A DNA stretch of 64,000 nt. Origin: the human T2T-CHM13v2.0 reference genome, Homo sapiens. The notes under the pieces are model-generated. The model ran no database searches, was not told the DNA's origin, and saw only the letters and a program-made list of their open reading frames with translations. Position numbers and translations under genes: made by a program. The stretch is from NCBI RefSeq assembly GCF_009914755.1, contig NC_060931.1, one strand, 5' to 3'. Below, one piece after another: positions 40,782 through 54,761 of the stretch (position 1 is the stretch's first letter; each line of letters opens with the position of its first letter).

Positions 40782-42333
40782 TCATTACTTTTTTTCTGAA
40801 GGAAATAAAAATCTAAAAATTCAAATGTAAGAGCAACCAAAGTTATGATTGTCTTTAACTTAGAAGCTGTTGACTGATAATACTGAGTTTGATAAAAGAG
40901 CATTCAAAGTACATTTGCACTTTTTAAACAGTAAAATAATTGAGTATTTTTATATTTCATAAGTAAACATAGAAACTGCTTCTACACTTCTGTCAATCCA
41001 TGTTTAACAAATGTATACCAGATTGATAATTAAAATCCTTGAGATATGGCAAGGCAACTTTTGAATATAATCAATATAAAACATTTCATTAAGAGTTGCA
41101 TAATAATCTGCAGTAGATAGAACCATTTAAAAGCAGAATTCTCATCTTGTCATTATTACCTAGATACACTTTGCATAAACTTTGGTGAGTAGAGAGTCTT
41201 GAGCAAAAGGTAGTATTAACACGTTTATGGCTCATTTCCTTTTTTAGTTACATCTATGAGGGCTCTAAAAATGGAGTCTTTAAATTAATTATAAATGCAG
41301 AGGCTGAATATTTAAAACCTCTTAAGAGCAAAGGTATTTTCAATTACTTCATACTTACATATTTTGGAAAATACACTGATATGGGACATATTCCACGAAT
41401 TTAATATTCCTCCATTTTCTTGTTAAATGAGCATGGTGAGCAGTAGAGATAAAGATTACTTTAATTAAGTGTGCAATGAATCCCATAAAACTTAATTGAA
41501 CACTTTATTTTCATGCAGATATTTTCTCTTACTCAAATGTTTTTCAGCTATGCTGTATGCAATCATTTTAAATCTAATATTTCAACGAATAAGCAAAGGT
41601 TTTAAGACAATTCAGTGTCTTCAAATTCCTTATGGCATTTGAGAATGACCTTTAGATTCTGAAAAGGTGAGTGTTTTACATTTATTTAAGCTGACAAGAA
41701 AAACATAGAAGTACCTCTAAACCAAATCAGTGTTTAGAATAGCCAGAGCCATTTTGGTGAATGCAGAAATAGTGATGGCTGCAGATTTCACAAGTGCTGA
41801 ATTACTTACCATGAATGGACATCTGTTGGGCTGCACCCCAGGGCATTTATTTTGCCTGTCTTCTAGTGTTTCCCAAAGAGACAACACAAGACAAGAATTT
41901 AATATCCAACCCCTGTGTATAGCTGGCTTTCACTCTGCCAATTACTATTCTTCCAATAAATGTGATATGGCATCATGTGATCATACTTATTCTTCCAATA
42001 AATTACACAGAAACATCCAGAAACAAATCCTATAACCATCTGAAATTTGGTTGGTTAGCCAAAAGGTCTGCTGGCAGATCACAGAAAACAACTGAGTGCG
42101 CGAATCAATGTAGTGAGGTAACTTACGCAGGTCACACATGTTCACTGTGAAACTTCCCTTTAGCTCAGCAATTAGAAAAAGAATTCTACATTTAACTGCA
42201 TGGTTACTACATTTGGTAAAAACAAGGTACTTGTTCTAAGTGTCAAACTGATAGTTCTTTTGAAAATTCTAACTCAGATTTCCATGTTGTTAATGAATTG
42301 TGGCAAAATATTGCCATTTAAGTTGCCAACACA

Positions 42334-42793
42334 TGTCAGAGATAGATGATATACACACACGGTATGGCAGATGCACCTGCCAGCAATAACTTAGGCACAC
42401 ACTGAGAATGACAGTGTGGTCTAAGAAGGGGTGTTCAGAGTTTCAAGTTAAGGAATCTTTGAATGGCCAACCTGGAGGTTTACTCCTTATTTACAAAGGA
42501 TATCTGAATACCTAGCCCATTTCTTGGAACGCAGGATGTGCAAGGCACTGAGGCCCTTTGCTTTGGGTTAAATGGAGGTTGCTAGGTGGAGGTTGCTAAG
42601 TGAAAATGCTATATAACCTGCATACTTTTTACAAATGGTAGCTGTTATCCTGTCCAGCCTGCCACTCCTGGACACTGCCCTATATGTAAGTCCTCAATAA
42701 ACCTTATGTCTTATTCACTGGCTTTGGGTCTCTTCTTCAACCTCTCAGACAGGGTGCCATCACTATTGGAGTCAATAAGGATCTGGTAAAACA
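42334..42793 (+). mobile_element. Solo ERVL-class LTR (LTR32/LTR47-like)
   Basis: TG...CA termini; ggcagatgcacctgccagcaataactta; TATA-like gctatataa (~42608) and aataaa (~42696). Subfamily uncertain. Confidence 0.8.
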
Positions 42794-42826
42794 CACACAC
42801 ACACACACACACTCTCACACACACAC
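42791..42826. repeat. (CA)n microsatellite at the LTR end
   Basis: Directly visible, one interruption. Confidence 0.9.
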
Positions 42827-43231
42827 CCTTCTTTTTAAAAAATCTTTCCTGGCCTTTCATGCTTTGCCTTTCTTCGTTCTTTCTAACAACCTTTCTATCT
42901 ACCTATCCTCTTTTCATCCCCCCATTGAGTTTTTTTTAATCTCTTTTACCATCTTTTCTCACATCTTTCTGCCCATATTTCATTCTATGTCAGTTTATCC
43001 AGTTATTGTTTTAACATTCAATATATATTTGAGTGCCTACTGTTTGCGAAGAGGTGGACATATTACCTGTGCTAGGTCAATAAAAATATTTTTAACTCTT
43101 CGAATAATTTGATAAATAAAAGCACTCTAAGAGAGGGTTTGTTTCCTTATTGGTTTACATTTTGGTGAGTAATTTAAGTGTATAAGTAAGAAAACATTAA
43201 AAATACAAAAAAGAAAATAGATTCCTGGACA

Positions 43232-43235
43232 CGTG

Positions 43236-43274
<39 letters not shown>
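43232..43274. repeat. (TG)n microsatellite, about 20 units
   Basis: Directly visible. Confidence 0.95.
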
Positions 43275-43275
<1 letters not shown>

Positions 43276-43478
43276 GGGATATATTGCTCTTGGTTAGAAG
43301 AATCAGATTTATTAGTTTTTCTGTATTTTCATATTTTGTATAGCTTTAATCTTTAACCAGTTTAGAGTACAGTAATTTTATGTTGCTAGTATAGCCTAAA
43401 ACAAAGATTTTTCCTGGTTTTGGATTTAGAGCTTTTCAAAATTTCACTGAAGAGAAGTGATGTAAAAAAGAAACAGCA

Positions 43479-43765
43479 GGCCAGACGCAGTGGCTCATGC
43501 CTGTAATCCCAGCACTTTGGGAGGCTGAGGTGGGCGGATCACCTGAGGTCGGGAGTCCGAGAGCAGCCTGACCAACATGGAGAAACCCCGTCTCTACTAA
43601 AAACACAAAATTAGCTGGGCGTGGTGGTGCATGCCTGTAATCCCAGCTACTCAGGAGGCTGAGGCAGGAGAATTGCTTGAACCCAGGAGGCAGAAGTTGT
43701 GGTGAGCCGAGATCACACCATTGCACTCTAGCCGGGGCAACAAGAGCAAAGCAAAATTCCGTCTC

Positions 43766-43793
<28 letters not shown>
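43479..43793 (+). mobile_element. AluSp SINE
   Basis: cctgaggtcgggag, cctgaccaacatggagaaacc and gcaacaagagc are AluSp diagnostics. Long poly-A; TSD about aagaaacag. Confidence 0.95.
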
Positions 43794-43796
<3 letters not shown>

Positions 43797-45809
43797 AAGA
43801 AAGAAACAGGAAAAATTAAATGATTATAATGTAAAATTAAGTGATTATAAGGTGAGGTTTGAACCTGATTTTCAAGCACTTATGATTCAATTTTATAAAG
43901 AAAATGTTGAAATCAAATATGTGACTCCATGGCACTGATGGTGTACTCTTATTTAAAACTCAATTTTTGAAAAAATTTACTTGAATGAAGCATGTGTTGT
44001 GCCTTGCCTACACAATTTACATTGATTCTTCATCTTCTCTCACAAATGTCTCCCATATCCCACTACTCATTTTTTGTTAAAATTCCAGGAAAAAGACTAT
44101 AGTCATCAGACAAAAACCAGTATACAAATTAAGTTAATGGAAACCAAGAGTGAAGGTGGCAAAGGTGCATTCAGCATTGAAACTAAATAGCAGGATGATG
44201 GCATAAAAATAGAGACAATGAAAAATGTATCGCTATTCTGAAATAAACTTCACATTCTCTTGATCTAAGGGAACCTGGGAACAGGACTTTAAAATCTAAC
44301 ACTAGAAATAATGATGAGAGGAGGAGAGCCCTCAAGGCATTTTAATATTGAAAATCTATTGCCATATCTAGCAGTATTATTATAGGTATGTTGAAATTAC
44401 TGTACATTCTATTAAATCTAAAGAAGGTGCCTCTGATTTCACTGGCTGATTTAGTGGAAGCAAATCAATGAACATGGTTATTGCAAAACCTTTTTCCCAA
44501 AATGTAATTAAAAATCCTTATCAGTTTGCATATTAAATGAATGATTAATATTTTCCCAAATAGGCAGAATCAAAAGCTTCCTAGAAAATCCGGGTAAAAT
44601 TGTAATGCTGCTGTGTGAAGGTATATTCACAGTCAGCATGCAGCAACGAGGAAGCAGGAAGCCTCCTGCCTTGACAAACCCGCGTGGTTCCTGAAAACGT
44701 AGTCTTTTGGTGAGCTGATGGCAGAATTCACAACTTAACATGAAGATATTCTGCTCTCATTGAGCACACGCAAGTGAACCTTGGCTATAACTTTCTACAA
44801 GGTTTCTAAAATTGAGAAACAGGTGGATTTAAAACCAGAGATACAGTCAATGGAGTGTAGACTACTCAGAGGGCTATGGCTAGAGTTAAATGGCAGCTTA
44901 TAAAAATGTTATCTGGGGCCCACCTTGAACCTTTGAAGAAAAAGGATGGTTCTTGATGTAATTTGCCCATAGGGCCTGGTGCCTGTGGTGTGCTCTGAAA
45001 GAGAGCATCTATATCCAAAAAGATGTGCCTGCTGAGAAGGGCTGCTGGCAGCTGTGGTGAGCATACATGAGGCTGTACCACGAAAGCAGGAGAGACACCA
45101 ACGAGGCATTTGCTGAGCACTGCCGGGACAGAAAAGACAGGTACAGGGAAACATACATAGTAGACAGTGAGATGATCCAAGGACAGAGTGCATAGATTAA
45201 AGACAGTAATGTTTAAAGAAGTTTTGGAAGTTCCTGGGATAGGATGTTAAAAGAACCAACCCAGAAAGAGAGTTTTAAAAAGCTTTGTCTTCCCCACTTT
45301 CATTTAGATGTATTCTAATCAGAGACTCTCTGAGGCCTTTTACATTAAGCACAGCAGCCTTTGTGGAGAAATAAAAATATGTATTAATTGTACAGCCCTC
45401 ATAGCAATTAAATATCTGGGAGTAGATGCTACCATGTGAGGTCCTGGAATATAAGCGGGAGAGCAAAGATGCAAGAATAACATTCTGGGAAACTCCCCCT
45501 CGCAAATGGAGGTGGTTTGATATGGAGAAAGTGATGAGCTAGAGAAATTGAAAGTAAACAAGGAAAGGCTTCCGTTTAGGAAGCAAGGAAGAATAAAGAC
45601 TGCAATTATTTTTCATGTCTACTATGCATACTAAGTAGTGTTTTAGTCAATGTTGGATTTGTTGCATAATATAGCAAAGGACCTAGACTCTAAAAAGAGT
45701 TAAATAAATGTTTGCTATAGATAATAGGAAGGAAGGGGGAATGAAAGAAGGGAGGAAGGTAGGTAGGAGGGCAGGCAGGCAGGTAGCAAGTAGGGAAGCA
45801 GATGAACAA

Positions 45810-45960
45810 GAGTGAGTTAACCCATCAATGTCTCATTTATATGTAAAATGGGAATTGTTGCAAAGGTTGTAAGAGATAACACATGTAAATTGCTTATTGC
45901 AGTATCTGATATACTGGAGGTGCTCAAGAAATGCTAAATATCATTATCATAATTATTGCT
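45810..45960 (+). mobile_element. MIR 3' fragment
   Basis: atgtaaaatgggaattgttgcaaagg..gagataacacatgtaaattgctt...tgctcaagaaatg. Confidence 0.7.
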
Positions 45961-46059
45961 ATCTTTAGCATCATCATCCTCACCACCACCATCATTATCC
46001 TCGGAGCATTTCTAAAAAGGATATTTGAGAAATGCTTCAGTTTGCTGGGACCTACAAAT

Positions 46060-46345
46060 GCATCTTTCTTGATAATCCTCCCACTCATGCTTTAACCCAC
46101 TTCTATTTAGCTTCTACTCTGCGACACTCCAAGAATTAATGCCTGCCAAATTTACTAATAACATCTTTGTTGTGAAATCCAGTGGACAATTTTTAGTTCA
46201 TGCCTTACCTGACTTCACTGCAGCATGTATCATTACTGATGACTTCTTACTTTTGGAAGCCCTTTTGCTTGTCTGGCTTTTGTGTCAACCCTACTGCTCA
46301 TATCCCCCTATACCTGTAGCCCTTTTAAAGGCTTCTTCCTGAGTT
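46060..46345 (+). mobile_element. L2 ORF2 reverse-transcriptase fragment
   Basis: ORF 46139-46342 AKFTNNIFVVKSSGQFLVHALPDFTAACIITDDFLLLEAL resembles L2 RT [40 protein letters not shown]. Confidence 0.85.
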
Positions 46346-48871
46346 TCTCATTCTGGGGGTTTTCTCCAGGAACCAACAGCAAGTAAGACTCAAAAGTGTT
46401 CATAAAATTTAGCTCATTTTCAAGGGAACAGAAAAATTAATATTGTTCAAAAGAACAATATTAATCTACAGGCCAGATTTTAGAAAAAAGTTATTCTACA
46501 TATTAATGACCCACATAAAGTACATAGCTTGTGTTTTTAAATCCTAGGTCAAATACTTTTTTTACAAAATAAGAACCTGATTTTTTTTTTTTTTTTACAA
46601 CAAATACATGCAAAAAATGTATTTCGTTAAGCAGGGATAGTCAGTCATTCTGGATGGTACTTGAACTTTTCAAATTCCCATACCATTATTCAGCTTTAAG
46701 AAATGCTTGATGATGAGCTAAAGGCAAGCATGTGTGTTTTAGTCTAAGAATATTAATACCATTGCTATCAACCCTCAGGAATGAGTTTATAAATTCAATA
46801 ATACTATCATAGTGCGTATTATAACTATGCTTCTATAATCAGTTTTCCTCATATTATTTCAGAATACGAATTGAAAAAGTTACCTATTATGACATATGCA
46901 AAATAACTATAGTTAACCTGGGGAAAATACAAATAATTTATCAGGCAAAAAAACTCACAAAACAACAAAAAAAGTTTTCTGTGTCCTCAGCGTTAATTCA
47001 TTAAATTCAGTGAATCTGGGCTTCACATACACACACATATGGCATTAGTGAGCTAACCCAGTTTGTACTGATATGAGCAGGTGTCTGTAGGTAGGTCATT
47101 CAAAGTCATCATAAACCAGGGCAGGGTTCCTAGCATATGAATCTTAAATTATAGACACTGGTATTACAGAGTAGCAATGGGCACATAGAGACTATGTCTA
47201 GATAGAGGACTTTTGGCATGTTCCTTACTAGAGAGCATGAGGTTTACCTTGCACAATAGGGTTTATCAAGCCATGTACTATTAACACGTGCATTTCATTA
47301 TGAGAAATCCTTAGGCTATTCTCTGGAGAAGTTGCTGTTTCAGAAATTTTAGGTGTCCCATATGGCATGGATAAGGATGTAATTATGAAAAGATGTAGAT
47401 TATCACAGAAAGATATACCTTTAAGTTATTTTGCCCAAAACTAGCAAATCTGAGGTTTCTTCCAGACCATGAGGACCTGATAAATAGTTTCTTTTCTGAA
47501 AAAGAAATGGAATAACTCTATGAAAGAGGCTCTAAATGGGAGGCAGAAAATGAAAGAAAAATGTATGTTATTCCATGGCTATGATTTCTCTGCTTAACTT
47601 TCAGGGTTAAAATATTAGCTAGCTCCATCATCATCCAGTCAAATCCGTAAACCAAATCCCTTCCTCTTTCAGAATACCTCTTACTTTAGGTTCTCATCTC
47701 CTGAGTAGACTATTGCCATCATTTCTCTGCTTTAACTTAGTCTATGCACTTCGGCCGTAAAGCAAGACAGGGAAATACAGTTTGGGATAGATGAATGTTC
47801 AGCACCAATCATTTAAAAGGGGCTGTCTTACCTATAGGACACACTTCTAAATATTATCCTGACCTCTTTCATGGACCACTCCAATCCGGCTTCAACCACT
47901 TGCTCTTAACATCCTCCTTGCTAATCAGGGCCTGCATCACAGTGAAATGGAATTTGTTAAGCCACTTTGCCCTCAATTTGCATGAAATTCCATTTTCCTG
48001 ACTGCTTTCTTACCCTTAGGAACAACTCCAGCATCATACCTTATTGAGCCCCTTTTCCGATCTGCTATTTGCTCAGCCCCTACTTTGTGCTCCCTTTCCA
48101 CTCAGCCTAACACGGAGCACAGTGAACTGTAATCACTGATTTTATTTCTCTAGAAAGAGGACAGATTCTGTGTCCCATTCCACTTTGCACTGGAAGTGCC
48201 TCACTTGGGCACAGGTGTGAACACAAGCTGGGAATGCAGGAGGTATTTTAAAATCAGTGATTGCGTCCATTCAAATTTGTCCCAAAGGAGAAAAAACTGT
48301 TTGTGAGGATTTATGTGTTTGCATGCGCCTAATTTAAGTGTGTTATTTTGAATATATCAGAGATAAATTGTTTTATAAATAACTAAAATAGGTGGTGGCT
48401 GCCAAAAGAGGTGTTAGAAAAAGCTCTCTACTTGCCTTTTGTGCTTTAAAATGACAGTTTTAAATGGTGCTGCTGTAGGGAAACCTGGCTGGAAAGTAAA
48501 CTGTGAAAAGGTATAGGCAGGAAAATTGCTGGTACTTACTGAGGGCATACTACGTGGTGGGGTGGTTCTAAGTGTTCTGCAGGTATTAACTCATTTAATA
48601 GACAGGATAATCCTACAGTGTAGACAAGATCATGGCATAGGGTTGCGTGACTGGGCTGCTTGTTGAAAGGCACTCGGCAGAGAGTGGGATGGGGCAGAAA
48701 TCCAGCCCTCACTCACTGCATCCTGTTCTGTGACCTTGCCTGGGACTCTTTCTTTGCATCAAGATACCTTTAGGTAGTAAAATTAATGGGTATCTGTCCC
48801 GGTGATATACTTTTCCCAAATTCACACAAAAGCACAGAATAAGCAAGTGGCGTTCCTAGTGGTAGGCACTA

Positions 48872-49018
48872 TAAGTATTCAATTTACAGTTGAGGAAACT
48901 GAGGCACAATGAAGTCAAGAAATCTGCCAAAGTTTATATAACTAGTAAGGGACAGCGAGGAGATGCAAACCCAGGCTCATGGCTCAGAGACTGCATGCTT
49001 ATTCACTGTGATATGCTG
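48872..49018 (-). mobile_element. MIR SINE fragment
   Basis: tttacagttgaggaaactgaggcaca...aaacccaggc...cttattcactgtgatatgctg. Confidence 0.85.
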
Positions 49019-49939
49019 GTTCTCTGTCACATTTGGAGTGCTTTGCCCATGCTAGTTTACATTCGTTAAATTTTACATCTATTAACTAACTTAATCCTCA
49101 AAATAACCTTAAGGAATCAGCCCCTAAGGATAAACAGCTATGCCTTGGCCCCTGTAATCCTAAGAGATGCCCCTTTGTGGGCATGGCTGTCCCTGGTGAA
49201 AACAGAGGCAAGGAGATACTTCACTGATCAGAACTAATTGGCTAATTGATATGCTTCAGACATTTTGCCAAGAAAAAGAGAGTTTAATTAAAACAAAAAA
49301 CTATCAGTAGTACTGGGAGTTAAACTAGTGGGAGCTGAGAAATGTAAGTCAGAACTGAAATTAAAAGAGATCTAGAAAGCTCCAACAATATACTTAGAGG
49401 GTATTATTGGCAGAGTGATATACTAGATAAAACATAGATAAGAAAGAGTTGAATTTGTCAATATAAAATGCAATTTGGTGTGAGATAAAAGCAACACCTC
49501 ATATTAGAAAGGAAAAGTACTAAGATAACTGAGCTGATATTTGAAAAAACAAGTTGAATTCTTATATATGTGTGAAATGACTTATGTACTAGGTTGTTTA
49601 CTATAATAACATTTTTAATAGCAGAACATTAGGAGAAACCTAAATAGACAAAGAAAGTATGTGAAAATCTCATAAGGAAAACTGCATAGCTATTTAAAAA
49701 CAAAATTTAAAAAAAGGTCTATATAAATTGTCACAAGATATCTTTCTTTTGCTTTTTTATGCAAAAAACATATCTCTAGAATACTATATGAGAAACCAAT
49801 AAATCTGGATATTTCTGGAGAAATATTCTGGGTAGCAGAGGGACAGAAGTGGAGGGAAAAGTTTTCACTGCTTATCATTTTGGGCCATTAACAACTTACC
49901 TATTCAAACAACCTAGAAAAACAAAACAAAACAAACTTT

Positions 49940-50110
49940 GGTTTGACTTTTACTTAGTGCAACTTTGGGCTAGTTTACTAAATTTGCAGAGACTAATTTT
50001 CTTATTTGTAAAATGACAATTATAATTCCTGCCTCACATAGTTTTATCAGGTTTAAGTAAGATAATATATGGAAAGATTCTATAACATAACCTGACACAT
50101 AGTAGAGAAA
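49940..50110 (+). mobile_element. MIR SINE fragment
   Basis: ttcttatttgtaaaatgacaattataattcctgcctcacatagtt...cctgacacatagtag. Confidence 0.75.
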
Positions 50111-50142
50111 TAATGGTTCCCTTGACTATCACTTTTCTTTCT

Positions 50143-50268
50143 CAGGGGATGCAAACTCCAGTGGCTACTAACTAGTCCAGGCAGACAATATAAATGCGTG
50201 ACATATGTTGGCTGTATGAGATTAGGGAGTGGTAGGGCATGTGACAACTTAAGGCATTCAAATTATTC
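50143..50268 (+). mobile_element. MER102-like hAT fragment
   Basis: caggggatgcaaactcc...ccaggcagacaatataaatgcgtga...tagggagtggtagggcatgtg. Confidence 0.65.
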
Positions 50269-53200
50269 TATGTGTGTATATCAAATATAAATTATACATA
50301 TGCTTATATATTATATATGTATATAAAGTCTTATGGCTGTCATTCTTGCTTTTACATAGGGATCTGCATGTTATAAAATTATTTCACAATGTCTGTTTCA
50401 AGCCACTGAAAAATCATTTCAACTATATTGCACAATTAGAATATTATTTTTTTAAATTGGTTTCAAGTTATAATTTTCTCTAAGTTATTTAATATAATTG
50501 GCTTTGCTTTTTCATAGAAAAAAATCATGTCCATGGAAATATATAGCTACTGGTTGCCAAACCACAATTGGGAGGTTAAAAGCAAAGGACGCCTCTGATA
50601 TCTTGGCTACTATTCTTTGTGACAGACTTGATGGATAAGGTGGTGCTGCTTGCAGCTAATAAATCTGATTGAGGTAGGAGTCTGGCAGAGGTGACACAAG
50701 TTTAGCCAAGTCAGAAGGTTAATAATAGCAAAATCACACACGGGTGGGCAGGATCATGGTCAACAGTTACGAGAGGAATTTCAGGTACCATGTTCAGATT
50801 TAAGGAAGCAATGATTCAACAACATTCCTTGCCTAAACAATCCTTCTGTTTCAAATAAGTCAATGTTAAATAAACAATAAACCAGTGACCAAATTAACAT
50901 TTATTCTCAATCGTCTGGGGAACTTCATATTCTCAGAAAACAAGTTTAAATACAGTTTATGATATATATCCATTTGACACCTTACACAAATATGTATACT
51001 CTCTGTAAACTAAGCACATCATTATTAATTTCCATATGAAAATAAATTAAGACTTGCATAGGCTAACGTAACTGACTACTATTCATGAAATAGCCTAGAA
51101 CTAGAATCATTAGCCATATGGAGCAAATGGGAAGTAAAGCACTGCATCATTTTATTTTTATTTACTTATTCTGTGTGGACACCTTCCTAAACTCTAGAGA
51201 GCAGAGAGAGTCTCAAAGATGAGACAAGGTCCTTGATGCTGTGCCATATGAAATAACCTCCACTTAACATCATGTTTCTTTAGTCAAGAAGAATTGAAGA
51301 ACATGTGCTACACAACTGTACACAAAGTCGCCTAAGTGAAAAGCTATCCTTAGTCCATACTAATGAGACAGTATTGCTTTTCTCTCTTTGGGATTAGCCC
51401 AGGTAAAAAAAAAGACTGGTTATGCCACATGCAAATTTGAAGACTTCTCTTTATGAAATAGTTAATTTTGTTTCTCCCAATTATCTTTTTAGAGGCAGAC
51501 TACCTTGAATAGTAGTGCAGGTCTGGAGCCTACTATTTTGGCCTTATGTGGGAAAAACTGCATTATATTAACTTTACCTCTGGGATGAGATTCCTGATAT
51601 TCCAATTTAGAATCCTGAGAATACTGGATCTCAGCCCACTCTCAAATACTCCTGATTTTCCTTCCCCTCATCTTTCCTGTAATCATCGCAGGATGGGATA
51701 ATAAAACGAAAGGAAATCCTTTCTTTATTTTTGCGTGCATGTTTTTCTTCCATGTCTACCCAGTGCCTAGCACGGTGCTTTTAAACCAAGGAATAGTCAA
51801 TAAATCTCATGCAGAATATATAAAATGTGGCTTCGCTAAATGCCGTAGACACATGCAGTCTTCCTCCTCTGTGTTCCCTAAGCCTGCTGTGGAAATCAGC
51901 CCCTGCATTTTCTTTGAAAGACTCCAGTCATGCATCTTTCTCACTGTCAAGTTGAAAAACCACCTTAAGGATCATTTCTCATTTTTCACACCCAAGTCTC
52001 TAGCACAGTGCCTAGCATGACACTGGTGGAGAAATAACTGTTGACCCAAACACAACTGAACTTAGAGATATTGTCACTATCTTTGTAAGTAATATGCTAC
52101 ATTTTGTACCTTTTGTTCTGACCACTGTGGAATCTGTCATTTATATCCAGGCCACCCATTAACAATGGAAACTATGTTTAACCAGCACTGTTTAACTTAA
52201 AATGAAAATAACAGGAAATTGGGACATAAGTGATAATGACAAATTGGTTGGAACATTTTAATATGAAACAATGCATTGTTTCTCCTTTATTTAGTGGTGG
52301 GGATTATGAATGACTGACTGTTGAAAGATGTTTAAAAGATCCTGTATGTTTTTATTCTTAATGGAGTAAAGCTAATATAATTCACCTTTTTCGTTCACCA
52401 TTTCCTTCTGATGTAACATAATTAATGCTGTAGATCATTTTTGGGCATGCAGTGATCAAAAAACAACATGAATTTTCCACTTTTAGGATGCTACACAGTA
52501 TACATGGGCTTATAAAGTAATTTGGGCCAGTCACTAAAATTATTGCTTCCACAGAAAATAGAAACATAGAGAAGTGATAATTTTTCAATGCTTATGTGAG
52601 CAAATTTTGAAATGAAAAGAAAATTCCAATCTATTGGCTGAGCACAATGGGTCTGTTATATGGACATCATGTAACTAAGACATAAAGCTGTCATTTCAAT
52701 GAGATAAAATACTTTACAATAAGGTTAGTTTTACTGTCAAGCTCAGGATATGTGAAATTAACATAAAATATATGTTAACGTGCCTTTGAGGTAAGCCATT
52801 AGTGGCAGGAGTAAATTTTAGTGGTTGACCAAAATGACTTCACAAGTCCACACATATCTTGTTCTTGCCTAAGAATGAAACATTTATATTGTTTTATGTA
52901 TGTTTCTCATGGCCAAAGTAAGCTAGAGTGCCAATTATATTGTGTTAGAAGTGAATATTTTTTAAAAGGTGAATTATGCTTATCAGTTCTATTCCATTAA
53001 GAAGACCATACATAGGATGATACCATCTGTTGATCTTTTATAAGAGGAAATTTATCATGCTGTTTCAGTACTACTATCAAAGACAATTAAAGTGGAGTGA
53101 GACATGAGAAGAAAAGTCTGATGTGAATGGAGCTATATTTTCTTAGATTTAATTTTCAATGCCTTCTTTCCTAGAATAATTAACTGATCAAAAGTTTATT

Positions 53201-53492
53201 TCCCTGTTAAACAGTGATAGCACTGGGCTGTTGTGGAGATTAAAGGAGACAATATATGTAATACTCTTAGCACCCACAAATTACTCAATACATGGTAACT
53301 ATTAATATTAAATACAGTAACATAAAACTAGTGATGAAGTAGAGAGCAAGAATGTATTGAATCACCTCTGGGGATTTTATTTATGATTAGACATACTTCT
53401 ATGTATATTTCAAAGTATTTTCTTCCATATCGGAGTCTAAAGAAAAACAGTTAAAAGTTAAATGATACAGTTTACTTAATAATAGTAGGAGG

Positions 53493-53783
53493 GGCTGGGC
53501 TTGTGGCTCATGCCTGTAATCTCAGCCATTTGGGAGAACGAGGTGGGTGAATCAATGAGGTCAGGAGTTCGAGACCAGCCTGGCCAGCATAGTGAAACCC
53601 CGTGTCTACTAAAAATACAAAAATTAGCCAGGTATGGTGGTGTGCACTTGTAATCCCAGCTACTCAGGAGGCTGAGGCAGGAGAATCACTTGAACTCAGG
53701 AGATGGAGGTTGCAGTGAGCCTAGATTGCACCACTGCACTCCAGCCTGGGCAACAGAGCAAGACTCCATCTCAAAAAAAAAAA
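53493..53783 (+). mobile_element. AluS (Sg-like) SINE
   Basis: gaggtcaggagttcgagaccagcctggcc; dimeric structure and poly-A. Confidence 0.94.
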
Positions 53784-53794
53784 AGTAAGGGGAA

Positions 53795-53905
53795 TTACAG
53801 AACAAGTTCACACACTCAGTAAGTGGCAAGTTCACACAGCCAGTAAATGGCAAAACCAGGATCTGAATCCAAGCAGTGTGGCTCCAGAGCCTATGTTCTT
53901 ACGGA
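53795..53905 (-). mobile_element. MIR fragment containing a 24-bp tandem duplication (53803-53850)
   Basis: caagttcacacactcagtaagtgg caagttcacacagccagtaaatgg, then ccaggatctgaatccaagcagtgtggctccagagcc. Confidence 0.75.
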
Positions 53906-54761
53906 CTATCTTGGTTTCCTCTCTGTAGTCACATGGCTGAGCACTCTCTGGATAGTATCAAGTGTTTACATAAACTAGGTTTGCAGATGATCATCTCTTA
54001 TCCTTTTAAATGTTGCATCACCAATTTTTGCTGCTATTATGAATTTGCTGTCATGTAAAACTTTATTTTTCCAATCTGTATTAATGTCTTAAAACTGCTA
54101 TCTCACATTTAGTTTAAAAAATAGTCATTTCTTTGCTGGATTTGCCTGCAAATTTATATACATATACCATACACAAAAGGAAAACATCCTTTGAATAGAA
54201 GTCAACAACTTTCAAGATAAAACAAATGTAGACAATAAATATTAATAACCTAGAAGCACTTGATAATATTTACTAGATCAAGAAAGTTACACTCTGTTTT
54301 CCCCAAGGCAGTAAAGGAGCCAATGAACATCTTTTTTAATAATAAGAAAAAAATTTAAGGATTGCACATTGCCCTTGAAGAAAGCTAAGCATTTAATAAG
54401 TTGAAGACACTTTTTACCATTCTTTAGGGAATACTGTATTTCTAAGAATGGCAGGTAACATGTGCTCTGAATGATACTAGCAAATGGTAACTGCAATATC
54501 ATTCCTCTTAAAGTGATGTTATAAACCCAGTGGAATGTTGGGAGAGCACTCAAGCATTCCTCTAAGCATGAATTTCCAAGTTGCACAATAATGCTAAGTG
54601 CATCATCCTAAACATATGCTGTTGTTTGTGTTTTCAGTTTCTGCTTATGATAGCTATAGTGGTACTGATGCTTGGGTATCTTCTAGGAGAGGAAGCTGGT
54701 GAGCATTATAAATTCTAGGGACTCCTGATGGTTGTCTATCCCTGGGCTCTGCTGCATGCCT

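Noticed and set aside
43812-43850. Short tandem duplications (aaaattaa.tgattataa x2; also tgagaatatt x2 at 59706-59725)
   Set aside because: Ordinary slippage duplications expected in any AT-rich window.
43436-43879. 147-aa ORF and similar ORFs at 39924, 22417-22878, 40481 and 3310-3764
   Set aside because: Standard Alu-derived translations, mostly antisense.
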